Source: Thermoleophilia bacterium (GTDB lineage: Bacteria > Actinomycetota > Thermoleophilia > Gaiellales > Gaiellaceae). From it: a stretch of 64,000 nucleotides of DNA. The stretch covers positions 759 to 64,758 of the forward strand of contig JAICWC010000001.1 of the NCBI GenBank assembly GCA_025934995.1, given 5' to 3'. Of the stretch, positions 28,761 through 38,067 are shown one piece after another. How positions within the stretch are numbered: the first letter of the stretch is position 1; each line of letters begins with the position of its first letter. The position numbers and the translations under genes are program-made. Under the pieces are notes generated by a model. The model had not been told where the DNA came from. It worked only from the letters and a program-made list of their open reading frames with translations, and did no database searches.

Positions 28761-29533
28761 ACGGTGCGGACCGCGAGCGAGTCGACGATCTCGCGCAGCA
28801 CGCTCGTGTCCGCGTCGACCTCGGCGAGCCGAGCGCGGCACCGCTCGGCGGCCTGGTCAGCCAATGCACGTGCACCGTCGACGCCGCGCTCGACGACGAA
28901 GCCGTCGTCGTCGAGGATGTCGTCGACGACCTGGAAGAGCATGCCGAGCTCGTCGCCGAAGGCCCGCCACGGCCCCTGCTCGTCCTCCGGCACGCCCGCC
29001 GCCCACAATCCCATCGCAATCGACGCAAAGAAGAGGCAGCCCGTCTTGAGGCGGTGCACCGTCTCGAGGTCGGCGCCCTCGACCATGGTGTCGAGGTACT
29101 GGCCGCCGATCATGCCGAGCGTCGCCTGCGCGAGCTCGCGCGCGACGTGCGCGGTCTCGTACCGGCTCGCGAGCCGGAACGCCTCGGCAAGCATCGCGTC
29201 ACCGGCGAGTAGCGCAGGCCCCTCGCCGTACGCGGCCCAGACCGTCGGCTTCCCGCGCCGTTCGTCGTCGTTGTCGAGCGACGGCAGGTCGTCGTGGACG
29301 AGCGAGAAGTTGTGCACGAGCTCGATCGCGAGCGCGGCCGGCAGCATCTGTTCGACCGAGGCGCCGTTCGCCTCGCCGGTCGCGAGCGTCAGCACCGGCC
29401 GGACGCGCTTGCCGCCCATCTCAACGGCGCCGTAGCGAACCGACTCGGCCTGCCCGTGCAGCTGCGGCCAGAGCGAGAGCCGCTCGAGCTCGCTCTCGAC
29501 GAGCGCCTTCAGCTCCTCAGGACTTTGCGGCAT
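28757..29533 (-). CDS. polyprenyl diphosphate synthase (FPP/GGPP synthase type)
   Basis: GGKRVRP, LVHDDLPSLDNDDERRGKP (first DDxxD) and FQVVDDILD (second DDxxD). Internal ATG 29533. Confidence 0.85.
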   Translation of the reverse strand: MPQSPEELKALVESELERLSLWPQLHGQAESVRYGAVEMGGKRVRPVLTLATGEANGASVEQMLPAALAIELVHNFSLVHDDLPSLDNDDERRGKPTVWAAYGEGPALLAGDAMLAEAFRLASRYETAHVARELAQATLGMIGGQYLDTMVEGADLETVHRLKTGCLFFASIAMGLWAAGVPEDEQGPWRAFGDELGMLFQVVDDILDDDGFVVERGVDGARALADQAAERCRARLAEVDADTSVLREIVDSLAVRTV

Positions 29534-29729
29534 CGGCCTCCGCCGCGCGCTTGGCGCGCTCGAGCTCTTCCTCGACACCCTTCGCCAGCTCCGACAGCTC
29601 GCCGAGCAGCTCGAGCGCGCGATCCGGCGAGCCCCCGCCCTCGGCCGCGAGCTTGTCGAGCTCGCCGCGCGCCGCCTCGAGCCGCGCGAGGAGCTCCTCC
29701 GCCCGATTCAACGAATCTTCGGTTGCCAC
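29517..29729 (-). CDS. small coiled-coil protein, exodeoxyribonuclease VII small subunit-like
   Basis: 70 aa, helical and acidic, occupying the xseB slot between nusB and the prenyl synthase gene. Sequence similarity to XseB is weak (..ELLARLE.....L....ELSELAKGVEEEL). GTG start. Confidence 0.45.
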   Translation of the reverse strand: MATEDSLNRAEELLARLEAARGELDKLAAEGGGSPDRALELLGELSELAKGVEEELERAKRAAEADAAKS

Positions 29730-30108
29730 TACGCAGCCTCCCTATAGATGCGATCGAGGATGCCGTTCACGAGCCGGCCGGCCTCCCGGGTCGAATAGTG
29801 CTTGGCGAGGGTGACAGCCTCGTCGATCACCGCGCGCGGCGGTATCTCGCCCACGTCGAGCTCGTGGATTGCGATCCGGAGGATGTTGCGCTCGACCGCT
29901 CCGAGCCGGTCGGCCGTCCAGCCGGACTCCTCGGCCGCGGCCGTGATGCGCCGGTCGAGCTCGGCCGCGTCGCGCACGACCGCGTCCGTCACCTGCTGCG
30001 CGTACGCGTCGATCTCGCCCTCGTACAGCTCGCCCGGAGCACGGTCGGTGACGTCCCACTGGTAGAGGAGCGTCAGCGCCGACTTGCGGGCATCGCGGCG
30101 GCTCACGG

Positions 30109-30112
<4 letters not shown>
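29729..30112 (-). CDS. nusB: transcription antitermination factor NusB
   Basis: RRDARKSALTLLYQWDV, ERNILRIAIHEL and LAKHYSTREAGRLVNGILDRI. Confidence 0.9.
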
Positions 30113-31455
<1,343 letters not shown>

Positions 31456-31477
31456 GGTGGGAGTCTAGGCTCGGGGC

Positions 31478-31996
31478 ATGGAAGCGCCGTTCGAGGAGAC
31501 GGAGCACGGCCTCGTCTGCAAGGGCGAGGGCTGGTTCCTCGTCAACGCGCGGGACGTCCGCTGGCGCGAGTCGAAGGGCCGCGGGGCCAGCGCGAACTTC
31601 GGCGGCGACACGCTCTTCGACCAGCTCGGCGTCGGCATCACGATCGTCGGCCCGGGCGAGCCGACGACGATGTACCACTGGGAGTCGAACGAGGAGGACT
31701 TCATCGTCCTGCGGGGCGGCGGTGTTGCCATCCTCGACGGCGAGGAGCACCGGCTGCGGCAGTGGGACGCGATCCACTGCCCGCCCGGCACGGCGCACGC
31801 GTTCGTCGGCGGTCCGGAAGGCCTCGTGCTCTTCGGCGTCGGCGCGCGGGAGCGTGCCGACGAAGGCGCGTACGTCGCCGATCCGGTCGCGGCGCGCTTC
31901 GGCGCAGCCCCCGAGCGGGACACGGACGACACCCGCGAGGCGTACAGGCGCTTCGGGCCGCGAGAACCGGTGCGGTACGGCGGATGGCTGGACTGA
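31478..31996 (+). CDS. cupin domain protein
   Basis: MYHWESNEEDFIVLRG...RLRQWDAIHCPPGTAHAF. Confidence 0.75.
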   Translation: MEAPFEETEHGLVCKGEGWFLVNARDVRWRESKGRGASANFGGDTLFDQLGVGITIVGPGEPTTMYHWESNEEDFIVLRGGGVAILDGEEHRLRQWDAIHCPPGTAHAFVGGPEGLVLFGVGARERADEGAYVADPVAARFGAAPERDTDDTREAYRRFGPREPVRYGGWLD

Positions 31997-32466
31997 TCCG
32001 CAACCTCACCGAGACGCGCTGGGCTCGCCTGCCGGGCGGACTCGGCTGGCGGACGGCGCCGCAGCAGGACGATTGGTGGGAGCAGATCGGAATGGTCGTC
32101 TGCGCGCTCGCGCCCGGTGAGACGCTCGCGATGTACCACCGCGAGAACGACCAAGAGGACTTCCTCGTGGTCTCGGGCGAGGGGACGCTGATCGTCGAGG
32201 GCGAAGAACGACCGCTGCGGCAGTGGGACTTCTTCCACTGCCCCCGCGGCGTAGCGCACGCGATCCTCGGCGGCCCGCTCGTCGTGATCGCCGTCGGCGC
32301 GCGCGGCCACGAGATCGCGGCGGGGACGGGCTGGGGCACGTACCCGGTCGACCCCGTCGCCTTGAAGCACGGCGTCGGGGTCGAGGAGGCGACCGACGAC
32401 CCGGACGTCGCCTACGCGCGCTTCGGCGAGCCCGAGCGCAAGCCGTACGACGGGTGGCTCGAATGA
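31984..32466 (+). CDS. cupin domain protein (paralogue of the preceding gene)
   Basis: ATG 31984 within ORF 30271..32466. MYHRENDQEDFLVVSG...PLRQWDFFHCPRGVAHAI and the same C-terminal ...AYARFGEPERKPYDGWLE as its neighbour. Overlaps the neighbour by 13 nt. Confidence 0.75.
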   Translation: MAGLIRNLTETRWARLPGGLGWRTAPQQDDWWEQIGMVVCALAPGETLAMYHRENDQEDFLVVSGEGTLIVEGEERPLRQWDFFHCPRGVAHAILGGPLVVIAVGARGHEIAAGTGWGTYPVDPVALKHGVGVEEATDDPDVAYARFGEPERKPYDGWLE

Positions 32467-33176
32467 CCGACTGGTTCGGAGACTGGGCCGACCGCTACGA
32501 CGCGGGCCTCGGGGCGATGGGCGAAGCGGCGGCGATCGACCCGGTCGTCGACGTGCTCGCGGAGCTTGCGGGCGACGGCGCCGCGCTCGAGCTCGCGATC
32601 GGCACGGGACGGATCGCGCTTCCGCTCGCGGCGCGCGGCGTGCCGGTGCACGGGATCGAGCTGTCCGAGCCGATGGTCGAGCAGCTGCGCGCGAAGCCGG
32701 GCGGCAACGCGATTCCCGTCACGCTCGGCGACATGACGACGGCGCGTGTCGATGCGACGTTCAGCGTTGCATATCTCGTCTACAACACGATCAACAACCT
32801 GACAACGCAGGATGCGCAGGTCGCGTGCTTCGAGAACGCGTCGCGTCATCTCGAGCCGGGCGGGCGCTTCGTGATCGAGGTCGGCGTCCCCGACCTGCAG
32901 CGCCTGCCACCGGGTGAACGATTCGTCCCCATCGGCGTGCGGGACGACTACGTCGGCGTCGACGAGTACGACGTCCTGAATCAGGGGCTCGTCTCACACC
33001 ACCAGGCGACCGGTCGGCGCCTCTCGATGCCGTTCCGCTACGTGTGGCCGTCCGAGCTCGACCTGATGGCGCGGATCGCCGGCATGACGCTGCGCCATCG
33101 CTGGGCGGATTGGCACCGGTCGCCGTTCACGGCCGACAGCCGCAAGCACGTCTCCGTCTGGCAGAAGACGAGCTGA
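32463..33176 (+). CDS. class I SAM-dependent methyltransferase
   Basis: ATG 32463 (ATGA overlap). LELAIGTGRIALPLA and VHGIELSEPMV. Confidence 0.85.
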   Translation: MTDWFGDWADRYDAGLGAMGEAAAIDPVVDVLAELAGDGAALELAIGTGRIALPLAARGVPVHGIELSEPMVEQLRAKPGGNAIPVTLGDMTTARVDATFSVAYLVYNTINNLTTQDAQVACFENASRHLEPGGRFVIEVGVPDLQRLPPGERFVPIGVRDDYVGVDEYDVLNQGLVSHHQATGRRLSMPFRYVWPSELDLMARIAGMTLRHRWADWHRSPFTADSRKHVSVWQKTS

Positions 33177-33209
33177 CGCGGGACCAGGGGCGCGGGCCCC
33201 TGACCCCGC
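33176..33209. terminator. composite GC-rich hairpin between convergent genes
   Basis: Outer stem CGCGGG/CCCGCG around inner stem CAGGGGC-GCGG-GCCCCTG. No U-tract. Confidence 0.45.
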
Positions 33210-33238
33210 GACGGTCTAGCGAGGAAAACAGTCGGGTC

Positions 33239-33541
33239 TCAGTCGCCGGCCTGGCTGCTCGCATCGCGCATGAAGTAGCCCTCGACGTCCAGGATCTCGG
33301 GCTCCCCGCTCACGTCGACACCCGCCTCTTGCAGCACCGGCATCAAGTGCTGCGCGAACTGCTCCTGCTGGTCCCGCGACTGCCAGACCTCGCTCACGCG
33401 AAGGTTTCCGCTCGAGCCGAAGCAGACGTGCGCGAGCAGCCCTTCGGGTGGCCAGTGGCCGCCGTCCTGCAACTTCTGCCCGATGCTGTCGTACTGCTCC
33501 GACGACATGCCGCTCGGCGTGAATCTGATGAGCATTGCCAT
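33239..33541 (-). CDS. small dimeric alpha/beta-barrel (ABM-like) protein
   Basis: ATG 33541: MAMLIRFTPSGMSSEQYDSIGQKLQ...PEGLLAHVCFGSSGNLRVSEVWQSRDQQEQF. Confidence 0.55.
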   Translation of the reverse strand: MAMLIRFTPSGMSSEQYDSIGQKLQDGGHWPPEGLLAHVCFGSSGNLRVSEVWQSRDQQEQFAQHLMPVLQEAGVDVSGEPEILDVEGYFMRDASSQAGD

Positions 33542-33615
33542 GGACAGCTCCTCCGTAGGGGTCTTCGCGACTCTACGACCCCGAAGGCCGAGCGCGCTCG
33601 GGCACAATCCGGACG

Positions 33616-33969
33616 GTGGCGACCACCCACGCGTTCTCGGGACTGGCGGTCGCCGACTACGACGCCGCGTATTCCTGGTACGCGCGGTTGTTCGAGCGGA
33701 GCGCCGACATGTTCCCGCACGCCACGGAGGCCGTCTGGCAGTTGAGCTCGAGCTGTTCGATCTACGTCGTGCAGGACGCGGAACGAGCCGGGCACGGGCT
33801 CGTCGCGCTCGCTGTGGACGACCTCGACGCCTGCGAGGGACGTTTGCGTGAAGCCGGCATCGCGTTCGAGGCGCACGCCGACGGTTCGACTCCTCGGCGC
33901 CTCGTGGTCGAAGACGGCGACGGCAACACGCTGACCTTTTTTCAGGATCCGGCGCAGTCGGGCGCATAA
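33616..33969 (+). CDS. VOC (glyoxalase/bleomycin resistance) family protein
   Basis: FSGLAVADYDAAYSWYARLF...LVVEDGDGNTLTFF. Confidence 0.8.
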   Translation: MATTHAFSGLAVADYDAAYSWYARLFERSADMFPHATEAVWQLSSSCSIYVVQDAERAGHGLVALAVDDLDACEGRLREAGIAFEAHADGSTPRRLVVEDGDGNTLTFFQDPAQSGA

Positions 33970-33990
33970 GGGGCCTGTAGGATCCGCCCC

Positions 33991-34473
33991 ATGCCCGCTG
34001 CGGAGTCCGTCGTCCGCGAGACGTTCGCGGCGCTCGACGCGCACGACCTGGATCGGTTTCGCGCTCTCCTGCATCCCGACGCGGAGGACCGGTTCCTGGC
34101 CGTCGGCACTTTTACCGGCCGCGAGGCGATCGTGGCGTTCTTCGAGGAGATGTTCGCCGCCGTGCCCGATGCGCGTCTCGAAGTACGCCGTGTCGTCGCC
34201 GCCGACGACGTCGTGACGGTCGAGTGGACGATGCGCGGGACCTTCAGCGGCGATTCGTTTCAGGGCATTCGCGCAACCGGTAAGCCGGTCGAGATCGAGG
34301 GCGTGGACGTCGTGGAGGTTCGCGACGGGCTGCAGTACCGCAATTCGATCTATTACGACGGCGCGACGTTCGCGCGACAGATCGGCATGCTGCCCCCACT
34401 CGGATCGCTCGGAGACAGGGCGCTGTTGGCGCTCTTCAACGCTCGGTCGCGGATTCGCCGGCCCGCGCGCTAA
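33991..34473 (+). CDS. SnoaL-like / NTF2-fold (ester cyclase-like) protein
   Basis: VVRETFAALDAHDLDRFRALLHPD...GREAIVAFFEEMFAAVPD...G.P.E..GVDVVEVRDG. Confidence 0.8.
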   Translation: MPAAESVVRETFAALDAHDLDRFRALLHPDAEDRFLAVGTFTGREAIVAFFEEMFAAVPDARLEVRRVVAADDVVTVEWTMRGTFSGDSFQGIRATGKPVEIEGVDVVEVRDGLQYRNSIYYDGATFARQIGMLPPLGSLGDRALLALFNARSRIRRPAR

Positions 34474-34544
34474 GGGCACGCAGGCGCGGAAATCGAGATG
34501 CGCGCCCGCCTTCGCCCGCGGGTGAACGCGGGTAGCCTTCCGTC

Positions 34545-34730
34545 ATGCAAACCGCTTGGAAGGGCCACCTCACGCAGACGGTGGCGAGGTATGCGGATGT
34601 CGCACCGGCGGCCACCACCTGCTGCAACGCCTGCCGGACGTGCGTCCAGACGAACCTCCTGACGGCGGCGCTCGCCGGCGTCGCGGCGGCCGGCGGGTTT
34701 CTCGCGCGCCGCTTCCGCGCGACCTCCTGA
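34545..34730 (+). CDS. 61-aa Cys-rich membrane-anchored peptide (CCxxCxxC followed by a TM helix)
   Basis: MQTAWKGHLTQTVARYADVAPAATTCCNACRTCVQTNLLTAALAGVAAAGGFLARRFRATS. GC3 is very high in this frame. No clear RBS. Confidence 0.5.
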   Translation: MQTAWKGHLTQTVARYADVAPAATTCCNACRTCVQTNLLTAALAGVAAAGGFLARRFRATS

Positions 34731-34749
34731 GTCGGTCCGGCCGTTCGAC

Positions 34750-35211
34750 GTGGCTACCGGCAGCGCATGGAGCGACCCGGCCAGGTGGGAGGAAGCCCGG
34801 CGTCGGGAGTCGTGCCTCATCTGTCAGCGCGGTGAGCCGCTCGACATCCTCGTGGAGTCCGAGCAGACCTGGGTCACCGGAGGTACGAAAGCACCCCTAC
34901 CTGGTTATGCGTGCGTCGTCTCGAAGCACCATGTTGTCGAGCCGTTTCACCTCGGCGTTTCCGACGCCGCAGCGTTCTGGCGGGACGCGATGCTTGCCGC
35001 CGATGCTCTCGACCGGCTCCTCGCGCCGGTGAAGATCAACTACGAGATCCACGGAAACACGATCCCGCATCTCCACTTGCACCTTTTCCCCCGGTTCGCA
35101 GACGATCCATTCGTCGGAGCGCCGATCGATCCGCGGCGGGCGTCGTTCGAGCGGTCAGCGGACGATCTACGGCGCATTCGGGAAGCGTTGCTCGTGGCGT
35201 TCGGCGGATAG
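34750..35211 (+). CDS. HIT family protein
   Basis: CLICQ and a canonical histidine triad, HLHLHLFPR. Confidence 0.85.
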   Translation: MATGSAWSDPARWEEARRRESCLICQRGEPLDILVESEQTWVTGGTKAPLPGYACVVSKHHVVEPFHLGVSDAAAFWRDAMLAADALDRLLAPVKINYEIHGNTIPHLHLHLFPRFADDPFVGAPIDPRRASFERSADDLRRIREALLVAFGG

Positions 35212-35260
35212 AGGCCGACGGGGCGCTCGCCGCCGCAGGTACGACCTGATTCGGACTCGG

Positions 35261-35398
35261 CTACCGATCCTGCGACGCGGCGAGGAGGTCACCGCGGTGG
35301 TAGTACATCCACAACCGCAGGTAGCCGTTGTCGGCAAGTTCTCCGGCGATCACTCGCTCGTACCGCTGCGCGAGCGCACGAACGAGCTCGGGATGCTC
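35261..35398 (-). pseudogene. possible 3' gene fragment without a start codon
   Basis: Manual translation directly after the accB-like stop, in another frame: EHPELVRALAQRYERVIAGELADNGYLRLWMYYHRGDLLAASQDR*. It has protein-like composition and high GC3 but no in-frame ATG/GTG with room for a domain. Confidence 0.3.
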
Positions 35399-35399
35399 G

Positions 35400-37196
35400 C
35401 TACAACGTCGGCGGCCCGGCGAGAGGCTCCAGCTCGAACAGGAGCTGGCCGAACTCGACGGGCTGTGCGTTGTCGACGTGAATCTTGCGGACGACCGCTT
35501 CCAGCTCCGACTTCACCTCGTTCATCAGCTTCATCGCCTCGAGGATGCAGAGCGTCTGCCCCGCCGCGACGACGTCGCCTTCCTGCACGAACGGCGGCGA
35601 GCTCGGGTCGGGCGCGCGGTAGAACGTGCCGACCATCGGCGACTCGATCTGCACATAGCCGTTCGACGGGCGCATGATCGGCGCCGGTTCCGGCTCGGGG
35701 ATCGCGAGCGGCGCGCCGGACGCGGCCGCCGGCGCGTCCGGGGTCGCGCGCACGGAGACCCGCATCCCCGCCTCCTCGATCGTCACCTCGCCGATGCCCG
35801 TCTCCTGCACGATCTGCACGAGCTCGCGGATCCGCTCCGCCCTCGTCTTGTCGACGCCCGCGAGCTCGTCGTCGTCCGCACGCGTCCGCCCGCGAATCGA
35901 CTGGAGCAGGTTCTCGGCGTCCTCGCCGAACAACCCGATCAGGAGCAGCTCCTCTTCGCTCGCTGCGAGCCCCTCGGCCTCCTCGCGCAGCTCGCTCAGC
36001 GGCGCGACGATGTCGTCCTCGGTCGCGGGATCGTGCGTCAGCTGCACCGCGCGCTGCAGCGCAGGATCGATCGGCTCGGGCGGCGAGCCGAAAAAGCCGG
36101 TGACGAGTGCGCGTACCTCGTCGACGATCGTCAGATAGCGGCTCGCGCTCAACACGTTCAACAGCGCCTGCGACGCGAGCACATGGCCGATCGGCGCAGC
36201 GAGCGGCGGCCAGCCCACCTCCGCGCGAATGCGGTCGAGCTCCTCGAGCACTTCCTCCAGCCGGTCGCCCGCCTCCTGTGCCCGCAGCGTCGAGTCGACG
36301 CCGGCGACGAGGCCTGCGGGAACGTCGTGCTGCGCGGCGCGCACCGCGATGCGCGGCGCCAGCGGCGCCACCGGCTCGTCGCCGAGATGCTCGTCGACGA
36401 GATCGGTCGCCTGCCACAGCGCGGCGACGTCGACGCCGGGGTCGAGCCCCATGCCGGCGAGCGCTTCCGCGAGCGCCTCACCCGACACACGGTGCAGGTT
36501 GAGTGCGAGCGGAAAGACCGTGCACGCGATGAGCTGCGCACCCGCACGGGCTGCGGCGAGCGACGCCGCGAGCGCGCTGCCGCCGGAGCCCTGCACGTAG
36601 ATGCCGACCGGCAGGCCGCTTGCTTCGGCGAGCGCGCCGACGAGGCTCTCCGCTTTGTGCGGCTGCAGCGAGCCGGTCGGATCGTGCAGGAGCACGCGCA
36701 CCGCACCGAGCTCGGGCAGCGCCTTCGCACGCTCGATCAGCGTGTCGACCTCGCCAGTCGGCCCGGGGCTGTAGACGAGACCCGCCTCGAAGTCACGTTC
36801 CGCCGCGCGGATCGCCTCGGCGGCCTCGCGAAGGTTCGAGACGTCGTTCAGCGGGTCGTGGAGCCGGAAGACATCGATGCCGTTCTCGGCCGCCGAGGCG
36901 ACGAAGCGCCGCGCGAAATCCGCGTCCACCGGGCGCGAGCCGACGAGGAATCGGCCGCGGAGCGCCAGGCCGAGCGGCGTCTTCGTGCGCGCTTTGAGCG
37001 CGCGGATCCGCTCCCACGGGCTCTCGAGCCCGCGCTTCACGGCCGACTCGAAGCAGCCGCCGCCCGAGACCTCGAGATAGGAGAAGCCGGCCCCGTCGAG
37101 GATCTCGGCCAGCTGGAGCTGCGCGGCGGTCGGCATCACGCCGGCCAGCGGATCCTGTCCGAGCAGGCGAATCGTCGTGTCCGCGAGGGTCGGCAT
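35400..37196 (-). CDS. fusion protein: 5S/OadA/PycB-type carboxyltransferase-like domain (metal ligands substituted) plus AccB-type biotin carboxyl carrier domain
   Basis: The N-terminal part aligns with the carboxyltransferase TIM barrel (ESPWERIRALK, ALRGRFLVGSRPV, SAAENGIDVFRLHDPLND). The C-terminal part, SPMVGTFYRAP...GQTLCILEAMKLMNEV...PVEFGQLLFELEP, is a textbook AccB domain. Confidence 0.9.
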   Translation of the reverse strand: MPTLADTTIRLLGQDPLAGVMPTAAQLQLAEILDGAGFSYLEVSGGGCFESAVKRGLESPWERIRALKARTKTPLGLALRGRFLVGSRPVDADFARRFVASAAENGIDVFRLHDPLNDVSNLREAAEAIRAAERDFEAGLVYSPGPTGEVDTLIERAKALPELGAVRVLLHDPTGSLQPHKAESLVGALAEASGLPVGIYVQGSGGSALAASLAAARAGAQLIACTVFPLALNLHRVSGEALAEALAGMGLDPGVDVAALWQATDLVDEHLGDEPVAPLAPRIAVRAAQHDVPAGLVAGVDSTLRAQEAGDRLEEVLEELDRIRAEVGWPPLAAPIGHVLASQALLNVLSASRYLTIVDEVRALVTGFFGSPPEPIDPALQRAVQLTHDPATEDDIVAPLSELREEAEGLAASEEELLLIGLFGEDAENLLQSIRGRTRADDDELAGVDKTRAERIRELVQIVQETGIGEVTIEEAGMRVSVRATPDAPAAASGAPLAIPEPEPAPIMRPSNGYVQIESPMVGTFYRAPDPSSPPFVQEGDVVAAGQTLCILEAMKLMNEVKSELEAVVRKIHVDNAQPVEFGQLLFELEPLAGPPTL

Positions 37197-37330
37197 CGCC
37201 GGAGACCTTATCGCGGGCTAAAGCCTGATCGATCCCGTGCCGATCGGCAGTGCATGGTCATCGCGCTACGGCTTGCGCTCGCCCTCACCGCGTGTCTCGC
37301 GGCGATGGGCGTGTTGATGTTCTCTCACTC

Positions 37331-37462
37331 CTAGAGCGCGTCGATCAGCGCGCCGAGGACGCACAGCACGATCGCGGCGCTGAGAAACATCCAGCCTTCG
37401 ATCAGCGGCAGGCTCGTTCGGCGGTAGAACCGCTTGCTGCCCGCGATCGGCATCAGGAGCAT
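37331..37462 (-). CDS. possible 43-aa membrane peptide downstream of efp
   Basis: MLLMPIAGSKRFYRRTSLPLIEGWMFLSAAIVLCVLGALIDAL. The upstream in-frame hydrophobic stretch has no start codon. Speculative. Confidence 0.25.
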   Translation of the reverse strand: MLLMPIAGSKRFYRRTSLPLIEGWMFLSAAIVLCVLGALIDAL

Positions 37463-37500
37463 GCAGACGGCCGCGAGCCCCCAGAAGACGTAGGCGATCG

Positions 37501-38067
37501 CTAGGCGCGTGAGATGTAACGCTTCTCTTTGGGGTCGACCTTCAGCTTGTCGCCCACGTTGACGAATAGCGGCACCTGCACGACGGCGCCCGTCTCGAGC
37601 GTCGCCGGCTTCGTGACGTTGCTGACCGTGTCGCCCTTCACTCCCGGCTCCGTCTCGACCACCGTCAGCTCGACGGACGCCGGCAGCTGCACGCTCGAGG
37701 GCTTGCCGTTCACCGCGAGTACCTGCACGGTCGCGTTCGGCTGCATGAAGGTCAGCTCCTCCGCGAGATCGGAGCTCGGAACCGCGAACTGCTCGTACGT
37801 CTCCGCGTCCATGAAGTGCGCCTCGGTGCCGTCCTCGTAGAGGTACTGCACGTTCTTCACCTCGGTGTGCACGCGCGCGAACTTCTCGCCTGCACGGAAC
37901 GTGCGGTCGACGACGGCGCCGTTCTCGAGCCCGCGCAGCTTCGTGCGGACGAACGCGCCGCCCTTGCCCGGCTTGACGTGCTGGAACTCCAGGATGCGCC
38001 ACACCTTGCCGTCGAGCTCGATGTGCATCCCGTTCTTGAAGCTGTTCGTGTCGACCTGATCGGCCAT
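37501..38067 (-). CDS. efp: elongation factor P
   Basis: ATG 38067: MADQVDTNSFKNGMHIELDGKVWRILEFQHVKPGKGGAFVRTKLR. Confidence 0.95.
   Translation of the reverse strand: MADQVDTNSFKNGMHIELDGKVWRILEFQHVKPGKGGAFVRTKLRGLENGAVVDRTFRAGEKFARVHTEVKNVQYLYEDGTEAHFMDAETYEQFAVPSSDLAEELTFMQPNATVQVLAVNGKPSSVQLPASVELTVVETEPGVKGDTVSNVTKPATLETGAVVQVPLFVNVGDKLKVDPKEKRYISRA

Noticed and set aside
35328-37334. 668-aa plus-strand ORF, plus its 26-aa tail MVIALRLALALTACLAAMGVLMFSHS (37254..37334), which resembles a lipoprotein signal
   Set aside because: The long ORF is antisense to the carboxyltransferase-BCCP fusion. The tail alone would leave only about 12 residues after the putative lipobox and has no RBS, so it is too weak to call.
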